Notes under the pieces: model-generated | The model's database searches: none | Seen by the model: the letters and a program-made list of their open reading frames with translations, nothing else | Told to the model about the DNA's origin: nothing | From: Octopus vulgaris | Lineage: Eukaryota | Direction: 5' to 3' | NCBI GenBank assembly: GCA_951406725.2 | Contig: OX597828.1 | Span: 26,474,001 to 26,538,000, forward strand | Length of the DNA: 64,000 bases | Program-made: the position numbers and the translations under genes | Part shown: one piece after another, positions 39,311 to 54,261 of the stretch | How the letters are laid out: every line of letters starts with the position of its first letter | How positions within the stretch are numbered: position 1 is the first letter of the stretch

Positions 39311-39786
39311 TGAAAGAGTCTCAAACTATGACTAACGAGAAGAGTGAAATACTTATTCCGGTGCCCTTTAATAAGAACATTCACTTCATAGATTGTAGAA
39401 GAGATCGTCACTGAAGCTTCTAAGAAGACTTCTGTTCGGTAGAGGCTTAATATTTATCCCAAGCTTTTCCACACATACAAGTATATTCACACATAAATAT
39501 TTATATATTATATAATATACATGCATACTATGTAGAGCATATATCTATGTTGCATATAAATACACATGTATAATACATGTAACATGCATGTATAATATAC
39601 AAGTATATTATAATATATATGCATATAATATATGTAATAACAACGCTGTTCACTGTGCACATGATTTATTATATACAATATATTTTATACATATATATAT
39701 ATATATATACATGAATGCATGTGGGTGTATGTGAGTTTGTATATATTTATATATATATATCTACATAATGTGTGTGTGCTTATAAG

Positions 39787-39820
<34 letters not shown>

Positions 39821-39821
39821 G

Positions 39822-39852
<31 letters not shown>

Positions 39853-42541
39853 CCCCATAGTCTTACACAAGTTAATTTTAATAACAAAAATAACAAAGAC
39901 AAAACAGGCAGGATTCAGTTTCATCACATTTCGATATAAATGCTTCTGTTAAAAATCCTCAGAAAGATTAACTTTGTGGTGGGACTATAATAATGTCCAT
40001 TATGAAAATTAACAGTTTTTGCCTTTGCCACTAAAAGACAATCTCTTATAGTTAAGTCTACTTAATACCAACCTTATAGAACAGCAATAGGACAGCTCAC
40101 TGTTGCTAGGAAGCGGCATAGAGTGATTGTGCTATGATACATTATCATCAAACTATACAGTAAAAGCCAATTGGATGTTGTTGGGCAAGGAAATATGTAA
40201 ATTATAATAACTCAGATCCAAATTGATAGTTCAAAAGTTGGTTTTACACACACATACACACACACAAATAAGCATACATATACATCACCACCATTCAACA
40301 TCCTTTTTCTGTGCTGGTAAAATGAGTTGGGTGGTTTGATAGAATCTAGGGAGCTGCAAGACTGCAGTTCCAATGTTAGCTTTGGCATGGTTTCTATAGC
40401 GGGGTACCCTTCCAAACAACAACCACATTACAGTGTGTCCTGGATGCTAAGAATACACTAATGTGTCTAAAACAGAAAACCATGAGAGAGAGAGAGAGTG
40501 TGTGTGTGTGTATGTATGATGGAATTTTAACACACTACATTTCATGCTTCAAAGAAACATTTTCTGCAAGTAGTTCATTGTACATTTATTTAGGATTTTT
40601 AGCATCACCACATTGTTGAAGACTGTGTCTTTGGATTTCAGTATGTTCTACATCTGTAATGATCTTTTTAAAAAAAAATTCAGCTAGAACATTCTTTAAC
40701 TACAGTTAGACTTCCCAGGGTAACAAATTCCCTTACTCTACCTTTGGAATGTGTTAAAAAGAAGAAAAGAAAGAGGCATTATAAGTGAGCAGTATCTACC
40801 ATCTCACAGAATCATTTTCATACATTGGCAAAGTGGAAAAAAAAAAAGCCAGATGTCATCAATAGGCTAAGGATACAAGCCTGGCCTCAACGTTTCACCA
40901 CTGGTCAACTCAACTGATCTGTTGGCTGTGCTTTATGCTGTGTAATAAGTCATTGAACAACATTCATTAGATCTAGATCTGCCATGTGTGTTTGTGTGTG
41001 TTTGTAAACAAAAGACAATATGGAAAGAAGTTGTGTATGATTGACCCACAGAAAATTAATCTCAGAAATGGAAAATGACCAACACCTTGTGAGTAAATTT
41101 GGTAAATGGAAACTGTGTGGAAGCCCATCACGTGTGTGTCTGTGTGTCCTTATTACTGCTTAACAAGCAATAGTAGGGACAAACACAAAGATATACATAT
41201 ACACACACATATACTCTGTAAGAGCATCTAACCATAGAAACCATGCCAAAGAAAACAACTGGAGCGTAACGCAGTCCCCTGGCCTTGCCAGCTTCTCTCA
41301 AACCATTCATCCATGCCAGCATAGAAAACAGACATTCAATGATGATGATATATAGAATCAGTTTTCACAGTTTCTGACTACCAAATTCACTCACAAGGCA
41401 TTGGTTGGTCCAGGGCTACAGTAGAAGACATTTGTTCAAGATTCTGTAGAATGAAACTGGACTTGTTTTGCATGTAGCTGCAAAACAAGATTCTTCACCA
41501 TACAACCATAACTGTTAAAGATAGAATAATAGGAAGGGAGGGGGAAATCCTATGAAAATTTCAATATTTTATCCTCTTGGAAATCGCAAAGAACAAATAA
41601 CCATTTGTGAAAGAACATACGTTTATACTGTAAATTGATAAACTTGCAACTGAAACTAAAATTAACTTAAATGAATCCAGCATCAAACATTTTTGCTGAG
41701 GGCATGCCACAGTTTTGTAATTGAGAGGTGAACTTTTTGTTTCAAAACATTTTTATTTCATTCTGTTTTGAAAAACATCAAATAACATGATATAGGGTCC
41801 AAGTAGATTTAAGTTATTCTCTTTAGAATCGTTGTTTGTTTGGCAGGAAAATGTGTTCCTGATTGCATTGGTAGCACACTTCACTCTTTAGCTGTTTTGT
41901 TAATTTAACAGTAAAACTAATTATATTTTCTCTGTGACAAATAATTACAATGAAGTTTGCATGAAAAGCGAAAAAGAAAATATCATTAGCCCTGACGACA
42001 ACCCAACCACAACAACCACCATCATAATTATCATCATCATCATCAGATTCCTTGTCATCATCTGCAGAATAATGGTATCAATTGTAATAACAGTAAAGCG
42101 CATCATACAACAAAATGACTGCTACTCTTCAGAAAAGAATTCTGCCCAAAACATTGGCTTTCTCTTTTTCCTTAATTCATACCAACTTGTGAATATTTTG
42201 CACTGCCGATACAGAACATTACCATTTCCCTTGAAGACCAGCAATGAAATATTGGTTCACAGAGTTGTCGAAAATTTACAAACCTCACTCAAGACAGTAA
42301 TGAAAAATCTATTCCTAAAATTTTCTTTGCAACTAATGTCTGTAGGGGATGGAAGGAGGGGGGAACATATCATATTTGTACGTGTAGTAGCCATCTATAG
42401 CTTCTTGCATGCAGAAGATGTGACAAAATACTAAGAGAGTGCATGGCATTTGTATTCCAAGATGAAAATCCCCCAAAATGTCATGCACTTGGAATAATTA
42501 ACACATGACAGATTTAATTTTTTTATAGGAAAATATGTATG

Positions 42542-42572
<31 letters not shown>

Positions 42573-42771
42573 GTCTATCCATACACACACACACACATAC
42601 ATACATATATAATTGCCCAGACATAGATGTGTTGTTAGGAACTTTGCTCTTCTGAACCACATGATTTCAGGTTAAGCACAACATCCACTTTGGACAAATG
42701 TCTGAAACCACAATGAAGACATATGCCAAACCTTGTGAGTAGATTTAGTGGACAGATACTGAAATAAAACA

Positions 42772-42817
<46 letters not shown>

Positions 42818-44187
42818 CATATATAGAATATATAACAGAAGTAGGGTGAGAAAGTAAATGTTTATTCCAATTGTTTGCAGTTGTTTTGTAATTTTATTAG
42901 AAATATAACAGATAGTTATGGAAACCATCATCATCATGTAAGATTCACTTTCTATAACTTGCATAAGTTGGATGGTTTGACAAGAAAGGGGCAAGCTGCG
43001 AGGTGGTGGCCAGCTGCAATGTCCTCTTTGGCTTTTCAATGGTTAGATTCCCTTCCTAAAGCAAACTATTTTACAGAGTGTACTCGGTGCATTTTATGTG
43101 CCAATGGCACTAGTGACGTTGCCCCTGAAACTTGCAAGACATAAAAGAATAGAAAAAGGAAAGGAAAAATGTTCAAATGTGTGTGTGTGTGTGTGTGCGC
43201 GCATGTGTGTGTGTGTATTTATGTATGTGCATGCCCGTGTGAGAGTGTTTGTGTCTTCTTGTCCTGATATCATGAAAGGATGTGATGTGAAAGAAGCATG
43301 TTTATCATGCAGGCTGTATCATTCATTGCCAATCTTCCATGAAAACATGTCTGAGCATCAGGAAATATTAACTTGCTTGGATACAGATGAGGGTTGGTCC
43401 CAAAAAGAACAGGAAAAGGCAGAAAATCTATATCAACATATTTTGTGTGCCTCATACAAGAATAGGACAGAGGACATTAGAATGGTAACAGATGGTGGAT
43501 TGATAATGGTCTCCATACTAAATATATCTAGACTACCATTTTCTTTGCTACATTCATGAATGTGCAATGCTACATGGAACAGAAATTACACTAAAGATCC
43601 ATCAGAGTTCTTGATTTCTATTGTATGTTAGAATAAATGTGCTTAGCCCTAAACTGCGACACCAGTTGACAAAGGAAAAGCTATTTCAATCATAAAAAGA
43701 AAAAATTCAAAATAAAATTCTTCAATTAATAAAAGCCATGAAATAATTTGACAGAAGTGATGTTGTGGCTGCTATGGGTTGCTACATAGACTTATAGATA
43801 ATTAACTGTTGTCTAGCAAATCAGTTCAACTCATGTTGGTATGGATGTGAGTAAAAAGTCAACACACACACACATATATACACACAGATACACAAATAGA
43901 TATAGCTATATATTTGTGTAGTGTGTATGGTTGTGTGCAGACACAAGTATATGCATGTAGACGTACACACACAAATACGCACAATCATATAGTCGTGTAT
44001 GCGCATACGCAAGAATGAAATTTAACTCTATTATTAATACTGTATATTACTATATCTGGCAGCAGCAGCAGCAGTAGCAGCATCATCATCAGCACTATGA
44101 TGAATGGTAGCAACAGTCATGTGGCTCTGTCCCTTCTCTGTAGCTTAAGTTAAAAGGAGAAGAGAGCTAGAATGTAAATGAATTTCA

Positions 44188-44219
<32 letters not shown>

Positions 44220-44626
44220 ACACGCATACTCATACATGCGCACACAAACACACACACAGATATATGAGCATACACACAGACACAACCTGGAATATTCCAG
44301 TTAAGTCTGCTAAAAGCAGTCAGTTGGAGAAGAGAAGAGAAGATGGAAATGATGGTGAAAAACACACACACACACGCAAACATGCATATATACACACACA
44401 CATACACATACACACACATGTGCGCATGTGGCGGAGGGGAAAAAAAGTCTCTACATGTTCTATACTTAGTTTAATGTAAATTAACAGGACACTTGTAAAC
44501 AACCCAAAACATTTTAGCTACAACAGCAGCAGCAGACACTTGCACAGAAACAACCAACATCATCATCATCATCATCCTCATCCTCATCCTCATCATCCTC
44601 AACACTGTCACTGTTACCACTGCCAC

Positions 44627-44661
<35 letters not shown>

Positions 44662-44924
44662 CCAATGTCATCATAATAATGACGAACAACACAGCCCACC
44701 TCCTCCATGCACTCCACCACCAAACCTCTACTTCATTCCATTTCTCTGCTTCAGCAAACCTATTCCAGAGAACAAGCTAAATATGAAATTTATTCATTTA
44801 TTTATTTTTCATTTTTGTTGGGTTTTATTATTATTATTTTGAAAATTTATTTATTTATTTAATACTATCATGTTCTAACCAAATGTTTACTAATACGTTT
44901 GTAGATTAAAGGCAAAAATGAGTG

Positions 44925-45117
44925 TATGTGCATACACACACACACACACATACATACATACATACATACATACATACATACATACATACATACATACATA
45001 CCCTTACGTATAGTACATGGGTGTAGAAAAATATACACAAAACTATATCTATATACTGGCAAATGCTTCTATCTATACAAGATGTTAATACAAATACTTA
45101 GATGGATAAACTAGAAA

Positions 45118-45154
<37 letters not shown>

Positions 45155-45655
45155 ACATAGACACACTCTAAGAGAAAGAAAAGGACATAAACGGACTGAT
45201 CAATAGATAAGGATATATATACATATATATATATATATAATATATATATATACATATATATATATATACACATATATATATACACATATATATATACATA
45301 TACACATATATATATACACATATATATATACGCATATATATATACACATATATATATACGCATATATATATACATATATATATACATATATATATATATA
45401 CATATATATATATACATATATATATACATATATATATACATATATATATATACATATATATATACATATATATCTATACATATATATATCTATACATATA
45501 TATATCTATACATATATATATCTATACATATATATCTATCTATCTATCTATCTATCTATATATATATATATATATATGCGAATATACAGATGGGTAGATA
45601 GATAGCTAAGCAGAGAGCTACATATATATACATATATATGTATATATATATACAC
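44925..45655. repeat. Compound (CATA)n/(TG)n/(TA)n microsatellites
   Basis: Seen directly in the sequence. Confidence 0.95.
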
Positions 45656-45966
45656 AGAAAGAGAAGACTCTCTTCAATATGAATAGCATCAATTAACCAC
45701 CTTACATCAAAACAGTAAAAAAAAATATTTTCTTAAAAAAAAAAAAGCAAACGCAAAGGACAACTGCAGTAGCAAGCAGCCCATTAGTGAGTAAGGGTTA
45801 GGAGGACCAGGTCGAGTGATATAAGGAGGAAGTTTTATTTTCAATATAAATGTACACAGGCAGACAGTTGGCAGCACTCAGCATTGCTGTATTTTCAGAA
45901 TGGGGGAAGAAACTGGTCAGAGTTCATCTTTGCATCTAGATATCTACATACATACTTAGATATATC

Positions 45967-46012
<46 letters not shown>

Positions 46013-46218
46013 CACACACACAAACACATACATCTGGAAGTACGTATATATGTGTGTATATTTGATATCTATCAAACTATGAACAATGTAGATCCATCAA
46101 TCCTTGAAGCGGAGGAGCAACCGAGTAAACAAGTTTCCAAGGTTTAAACTAGTTGTAGAGGTGCAGTGTGAGGGATGGCAGTGACAGAGAGAGAGAGAGA
46201 GGGAGTGAAAAGAAAGAA

Positions 46219-46261
<43 letters not shown>

Positions 46262-46650
46262 GAGCTATGGCTGCTGGCAGAGAGGGGGTGGGGTGGGTGT
46301 ATGGGTGGATGGTTGGCTGAATGAAACAATTGAGCAGCAATTGATACACAGCCAGTTCAAACACTATCACCATCGCCACCATCACACTCCAGCACACTCC
46401 ATCACTGAAACACTAAGTTTTGTTGCTAACACACTAGCAGCAGCAGCAGCAACAGCAACAGCAGCAGCAGCAGCAGCAGCCATCATTGACAGCAATGCTG
46501 CTGGACTTACACACCGAATATGTGTCGATATATGCACATACCACGTTTCAAGCCCTTCGCATAATATGCTATTATATACAGATTTTGTACATTATGTATT
46601 CATATAAACTCTGTACATGCGTGCGTATAAACACTGACACACATATTACA

Positions 46651-46702
<52 letters not shown>

Positions 46703-46757
46703 GAGAGAATATAATAAAACTGCTTGCCAAATTCTACAGGAATTAAAATATATTCTT

Positions 46758-46806
<49 letters not shown>

Positions 46807-48429
46807 AAGAGAGGGAATAAAGTAATAAATTATATGTAAAACAAGAATGTTGTTTGATAATTCAGTTTACTTACATTCAATAAAATAACTTGGAAAATAA
46901 AACAACTAGAAGTGAAGACTTCTCAAAATGGAGTTGGGTCTGTATTGTGTTTAAAGTCTGTTCTGTGTGTATGTCTGTATTTGTATGTGTTTACACAGAC
47001 ACACACATATCAGAAAGGAAGATCTAAGGGCAACAATAACAACAACAACAACAACGACAACCATAACATTTAAAAACAAATATATAAAAAACACATTAGA
47101 TCAATACCTAATATATTACAATAATTTTTATCAACTTAATATTCATATTTGGCATAACTACAATATTAAGAAGCAGTTTGAGATCATAGCTGCAAGAACA
47201 ACCCTCTTTTTATTTCCTTGTGTCTGTTGATAATAGCAGTAAATTTCAACATCAATTTGTCTTCTATGATAAACCATGTGTGCACTTAAAACAAAGATCT
47301 TGGACAATTTCAGCTCACTGCCAACTTCATGTCAATTGTAACAATTTTGGCTTCTAATTTCAGGTAAATGCTATTAAAATAGCATTAAGCAGCAATAACT
47401 CTATTGGAATTTAATAAAAAAAATGTTACAAATCAAAACTCACTCCAAAGTGTTAAAGCTTACTTTCTCTTTCTCAGTTTGACCAAATATTCTTGATTGT
47501 TATCTACATTTAATAATTAAAAATTAAAACAAAACAGCAACTCAACCTCCCTTAATTCATATCCAGCTGTCTACAAAAAGTAAGAACATGTTAAATCTAC
47601 AATCCACAAGCATTTCTGCATCATAGATTGGTTCCATGCAAAGCGATTTTCCCAGATTGAAAAAAATCACACTCAACAAAATAGATTAAAAAAAGGGATG
47701 ATATATAATTTCATTCTAGCAAAAAGACCTGCAAACTGCCAACGAAACAGAAATGAAATTTTAAAATTTAGTCTTTGTGTGTGACCCAAGACTGGTCTTT
47801 GGTCTGCTGATTAGGGACCTTCTGCATGAGATGATGTGGTCCTAAATATGCTATATCTTAAAGAAAAAAAGTGAAAAAAAAACCCAAAAAAAAACACAGG
47901 GATGCTCCAGTAGGATAAACTTGGGACTAAATAAGAACAACCATCTGTAAAACAGCAAGTCTCTGGCACTATCTGCCTCTGTCAACCTATCTGTTGGTCT
48001 ACAAATCAATCTGTCTGTCCGTCAGAATTTATTTGTCTTTCAGGAAACTCCCACCACTGAATAAATTTCCCTCCCTCCGTTTCTATTTCTTAATCCACTG
48101 ATCTAAACATTTATCTCTCTTTCCAAATATTTTTGTCAATTTATATATGTATCTTTTTTAATCTTCTTCTTCTTGTTATTGGATTAAAATGTGTGATCTG
48201 AAAAGGGATCAATATCAGAAGTGCAGGCAACTAAATAATTATACAAAATATAGAAATTCACAGATACATACACAGACATACATAAATACAAACACACATA
48301 AAGATAGATGCAGAAGCATATAGAAGATGTAAGGCTGTAGATAGCTAGTAAATATTAATGGATAACACACACTATCTATCTATCTATCTATCTCTATTAA
48401 TGTATGTGTGTATATATATGTATATATAT

Positions 48430-48462
<33 letters not shown>

Positions 48463-48574
48463 AAACAAAAGAAAAGAACCTAAACATCAAATGAACTGCA
48501 TTGATATACCTTAGAAGGGATTCAAGTAAAACCAGGGGAGATAACATCCCAGAGTAATTATTAAGAATACTGGA

Positions 48575-48700
48575 CAGGAGCCAATAGAAACAAGTTGTGA
48601 AGACAACGGACGGCCAGTTGGTCATGGGAAAACAGGAGGTCAGGCTGGACTGAGTCACCATGGCAACAAGATGACCCAACAAAGCCGATTGCCAAGAATG
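48575..48700. promoter_or_regulatory. Candidate enhancer: RFX X-box overlapping an AP-1 site, plus CCAAT
   Basis: GTCACCATGGCAAC (48654-48667) fits GTNRCC-N0-3-RGYAAC. TGAGTCA at 48651-48657. AGCCAATAG near 48579. Confidence 0.4.
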
Positions 48701-50629
48701 CCAAATCATTATGTTTTGAATCAGCTGATCATATCTGACCCCCTCTTTTTCTCTCTCTCTTTCTTTTTCTTATACATACATAATATATTCTCAAGCATGT
48801 CGATTCTGCATTAGCTACCGATTAGTGATAAATCTGGGAAGAAAGCAGAGATACGCCACCTATCCGTGTGAAATTGAGAGAAGAGGATTTCTTTAGAAGA
48901 CCCTATTTTTAAAACCTACTTCAACAGGTTATATGTGTTTGTGAGGGTGTGGGTGAGTGTATATATACATACATAATATAATACACATAGCATTAAACTA
49001 ATGCAACATTTCCTAAAGAATGTCCCTCTTATACTTTCTTTTTGTGATTATTGCCATCTTTATATATGTGTACATATGAATATACACACATCTCAAACTG
49101 AATATTGTAAAACACAGATTGATCAAGATACACAAGTGAGTGCAGTTTTAATTAATTAATTTAATTAACCTTATATTTTCATACATTTTAACAATGGTGG
49201 TATATCTGCTTTCTGTCCTCCCACCCCCCACCAACTTCATTACCCTAAAACTAATATTTTCAATACCAGAAAGTTCAGCATAATTAATCATACCAGTTTC
49301 ATCCTTTTCTGATCAACAAAAGAATACCAAAACGGTTTACAAAGGAGAAATGCACTTCCTCTTCAGGCATGACAAACAAATAAATGGTAAAAAAAAAAAA
49401 AAAGAAAGAAAGAAAGAAAACGGGTAAGTAGTGTTTCAATTATTGAATCTGTATAGAATCAATAAATCACAAAGAGAGTGAATAGCGATTATAAAAACGT
49501 CCAACGTTTAGTTCTATGGTCAATGGTGATTACTGATCTTGCGAGATGTCCTTACCTTAACTCTTGTCTTAAAATTAAGCTAAGTTTAGTCATCATCATC
49601 ATTGTTTGAATGTCCACTTTTTCCATATTTCCATGGGTCAGATGGATTTTATTTAGGCAGTTTTTCTATGGCTGGACCTCCTTCCTGATGCAAACCCTCA
49701 CTTGTTGTAGTGACAGGAAGAGCAACCCATGGAAGCACGGAAAAGGGATGTTAAAATAATGAAGACATTTACAGACAAGCCTCATAGAGTAAAAATAGAA
49801 TGTTTTTAAGATTTAATTTTTATTTTAGTCTTTTCAATATTGGAGTATAAACTTAGCAAACGAGAGAAGTCAGTGGTTGCAAACAAATTGATAAGGCTGC
49901 AATATTTAAAAGTTGAGAATAAATAGACTCGAGTTTGATAATATCCAGGTTTGGTATTGTTATTGTCCTGTGATAATAAATTCCATCAGAGGTTCCCTTT
50001 TGTCATCTGCTGGGGAAAGACGGCAGAGTCAACGGAATAAATACTGGTAACATACTGAGATAAAATTCATTTAGTTATGAACTGCCCCCTTCACCACTAC
50101 CATTGCAAGAACTGACCTTCTGTCTAGCCGATAGAAATCAATATTTGGATAACGAAGTAAATGAACTTGTTATATTTTAAGTAAACTGGAAATGTTTTGG
50201 TGGCTATGTGCAATCATAAGAGAGCAAGGTGAGGTTTTGGAAGTCTAGCAAAGAGAACATTTGCAATCAATCACGTATGGCACTATGTTGGAAATGATGT
50301 CATATATTCACAAAATTGATGGTAACGAGAGGAAGGTGAGGGAATAGAAAACAAAGATAATTAAATAAAAGTTTGAGGAAAGGAAAGGAAAGAGAATGAA
50401 AAGAACAAAACAAGAAGGAGATAAAAGTATGTGAAGACATGAAAACAAGAAAAAGAAGTTGTGAAAGGAAGGAATACAGTTGTAATCTCAGTGTTTAAAA
50501 GATAAATCAGGAAGTGAAGAATAAGATAAGATAAGATAAAGGTAAGAGAAATCAGAAAGTAAAAGAGGGGAAGGAGAGATAGATTAAGAAGAAAAAAAGT
50601 CAGGAATCTCATGGTATAATCTGAGTAAA

Positions 50630-50837
50630 CTATGATGATGATGATGATGATTCTTTGTAATTTTGGTACAAAGCCAGCAATTTTGAGGGGAGGAGAAGCC
50701 AACTACAGGAACCTCAGAAGGATGAAAGGTAAAGTTAGCTTTGGCTGGATTTGAACTCAGAACGTAAAGAACCAGAAGAAATGCCACTAAGCCTTTTTGT
50801 CCGCCATGCTAGAGCTTCTTCCAGCTTTGCTGCCTTG
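50630..50837 (-). mobile_element. Degenerate family B SINE with (ATC)n tail
   Basis: GGATGAAAGGTAAAGTTAGC..ATTTGAACTCAGAACGTAAAG. Similar copies at 57670-57900 and 58900-59120. Confidence 0.75.
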
Positions 50838-51791
50838 AGGAGGAGGAGGAGGAGGAGGAGGATAGTTTCTAATTTAGATACAAGACCAGTAATATTGTGG
50901 GTGGGGGTTAGTTAATTAATTCAACCCACAAGTAACTGGCTGATACCTACTTTGTCATCTTTGGAAAGAGGGTAGAATTAACCTAACAAAGACACATTTT
51001 ATTCTGGACCCAAAACTAAAAAAGGTATATTTTGTAGACCTCCTTTCAAGTAGTTGTTTGTGTGTGTGTGTGTGTGTGTATTTTTGTGACAACATAAAAA
51101 AGCTTTATTGTCAAACTTAAGTTCCCAACACAAGCAAGAATTAGTTCATTATTTTCATTGATTCTGTAGACACAAAGTGATATAAATCAATCACTGAATA
51201 TGAATAACTCAATAAGGTTCTTTCATACATGGATGCTTTATCCTTGCTCTCTTCTTAAGCAAAACAAGTCATACAAGAGAAATGCCACACATTAGTTATA
51301 TTCTTGTAATTGGGAAACAGTTAATTCTTGTTTATGTTCAGAAGTAGAGGTGGGGGAGTCCTATGCAATAAATTGCAAGGATTTATATCTTGACATAATC
51401 TTCAAAAACAAAATAGAACAAAAAAAGGGGTATTTTGATAAATTTCAATATACAGAAGAAAAATAAAGGCATTCTTTACAAAATGAACAAACCGTTCACA
51501 TAATACCTAAATTTTCCTGTTATTAAAATATTTATTAAATACAGAGTGGAAGCCTGTCAAGATAGATGAGAACAGGAGAAGTGACACAACAACAACAACA
51601 ACAACAGCAACAATTCTTTGCAATTTCTCTGTTGTTTGGGACAACATTGTGAAACTTGAAACTTCTCCAAACACATACAGACATAACAACAAATGGTGGA
51701 GAAAGAATTAATTAATTCTTCCCCTAGATGAAAACAAACCGAATTAGAGTACTGATGGTACCAACTGCCTACTCAGAACTCCTGGAAAGGA

Positions 51792-52013
51792 TACTCTTTA
51801 CTCTCTTTAACTCTTTTACTTGTTTCAGTCATTTGACTGCGGCCATGCTGGAGCACCGCCTTTAATCGAGCAACTCGACCCCGGGACTTATTCTTTTGTA
51901 AGCCCAGTACTTATTTTATCGGTCTCTTTTTGCCGAACCGCTAAGTAACGGGGACATAAACACACCAGCATCGGTTGTCAAGTAATGCTAAGGGGACAAA
52001 CACAGACACACAA

Positions 52014-52062
<49 letters not shown>

Positions 52063-52225
52063 TACGACAGGCTTCTTTCAGTTTCCGTCTACCAAATCCA
52101 CTCACAAGGCTTTGGTCGGCCCGAGGCTATAGTAGAAGACACTTGCGCAAGGTGCCACACAGTGGGACTGAACCTGGAACCATGTAGTTGGTAAACAAGC
52201 TACTTACCACACAGCTACTCCTGTG
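51792..52225 (-). mobile_element. Young full-length family A SINE
   Basis: Collinear with 12720-13126. AAGGAT on both flanks. Confidence 0.95.
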
Positions 52226-53084
52226 AAGGATGTGAAGGATTTTAAAAAGAATCCCAAGCGGAAGGTGCTCGAGAGACACATTGGCCAACAAATGAAACTT
52301 TTTAAAGTGTGCAGGATAACAAAACCATCGAGGACACATTCATTCAATATCTGTTCTTAGCTGATCTCAGGGTTTCTGTTGATTAACTGTTATTCAGTGT
52401 GAGACAAATTCAGCTATCTCTAGAATTGAACTCACAGATCAACCCCTGTCTTCCTTCGGCATGGAAGACTGGACAGTCTTCCACTGGACGATTGAGATGG
52501 ATAAGAAAAATTATGAACACAATTGAAAGTTTTGAGGACAGAGCTGTTCCTCTCATGCCAAATTCTTATCAATTGCTTCAAGTGGAACTTGAAGAGAAGG
52601 ACAGGAGAGGGAGACAGGTGTTGTCTTCTAGTAAATCTTATGCAAGGTAGGTGACAGAGAGATGAAACTGATGTAGCTAAACTATCCTATACAAAATATG
52701 TGACTGTGGACTGATGGCATTCGCTTTTGGTGTGACATCATAATCTGGAATTTTGCATGGGGTGTCCCAAATTGCACTATATTGCACTCCAAAACTGTTT
52801 TGGGGATCTTTCTTTTTAGTTCTTATTTTGTTGACTTTCTGTTGTCTTTTATTATTAACAATTTATTATTTTATAATATTTATTATTTTATTATTGTGTA
52901 TTTATGTGTCTTAATGGTTTTGCTGTTTTCATCTGGTTTACTCAATATAGATCTTCATTGTATCGTGTTTGCTATTTTCTTTTGTTATTCATTCAGATAC
53001 TTTTGTTCTGCTTCCAACATCTTGGGCTCTTCTGGCCGTTAAAAGAAATCATTAAACTAGAAAATAAATGGGATCATTCACATA

Positions 53085-53395
53085 TATCATCATCCTCCTC
53101 ATCATTTAATGTTCATTTTCCATGCTGGCATGGGTTGGACAGTTTGACAGGAGCTGGCAGTCTGGAGGGATGCACCATGCTCCAGTCATCTGTTTTGGAA
53201 TGGTTTCTATGGCTGAATGCCTTTCCTAACATCAACCACTTTACAGAGTGTACCGGGTGCTCTCCAATGTGATGCCGGCACAGGTACTTTCTTCACATGG
53301 CACTGGTACAGGTGCTCTTTTACATGGCACCAACAGGAGTACTCTTTTATGTGGCACCAGCACTCTTAGCATGGGTGCTTTCTATGTGACACCAA
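53085..53395 (-). mobile_element. Family C element with expanded internal ~27-bp GGTGC...GCACC repeats
   Basis: CATTTTCCATGCTGGCATGGGTTGGACAGTTTGAC, then 4-5 units of GGTGCTCTTTTACATGGCACC-like sequence. Confidence 0.8.
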
Positions 53396-54192
53396 AAATT
53401 ACACTAAGAAGATTTTATTACATAAAAAAATCCCCCAAAGACTTATTTTCTGTTATAAAAAGAGAAAGAGAGATGACATTGTTTTATTAGAAATTAACTT
53501 CTTAAGAGAGATGATTCTTGAACTAGATTAAAAGCAACTGGTGATATTCATTAGTTCTCAGTTAAGCGAAATTGAAATAAATAATGATAACGAAGCTAAT
53601 AATTTAGCCTCTTGATTAATTAACAGCTACAAAAGCACACACCTACACATACATATACACACACACAAACACTGTAACCCTTCAAGAACTGCAGGGAAAA
53701 TAGATATTTGAGAGAGAGAGAGAGAGAGAGTAGAATGACTTGACCTAAAATCCTATATGTCCTCTCATTCTTCAGTGTGAAAATGAAGACTGCTGCCACT
53801 GCTTTGCTCCCACCATAATAAAAAAAAAACAAAGAAAAAAAAAAGAAAAGAAAAAGAAAGCAAAATGGAGAAGAGAACCATTTGTAATGAACATTGTAAT
53901 GACAAGAACTAGGTTGAAAAACAAAACAACCAATTAATTAATTTAATTAATTAATTAATTAATTAATTAATTAAAGATGACCAAAATAAAAATGTGTTTT
54001 GTTGGAAAATTCATTCAGTACAAATATGTCTGCTGCAGTGTACTGTTCCATGTCTGTTGGTTGCTGGAATTAACACCAAGTAAAGGACTGTAAAATCAGA
54101 AAGTATGTCTTCCCAGGTGTCAGCACACACACACACAAACAATCATCATCATCATCATCATTTAATGTCTGCTTTGTCTGATGATGCTGCAG

Positions 54193-54261
<69 letters not shown>

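Noticed and set aside
41934-42434. 166-aa ORF
   Set aside because: Non-ATG start, includes triplet-repeat runs, no recognisable motif or splice context.
47345-47370. Recursive splice site TTTCAG|GTAAAT
   Set aside because: Short pyrimidine tract and non-consensus donor, expected by chance in AT-rich DNA.
53932-53974. (TTAA)n array as a homeodomain site cluster or piggyBac footprint
   Set aside because: More simply explained as a tetranucleotide microsatellite.
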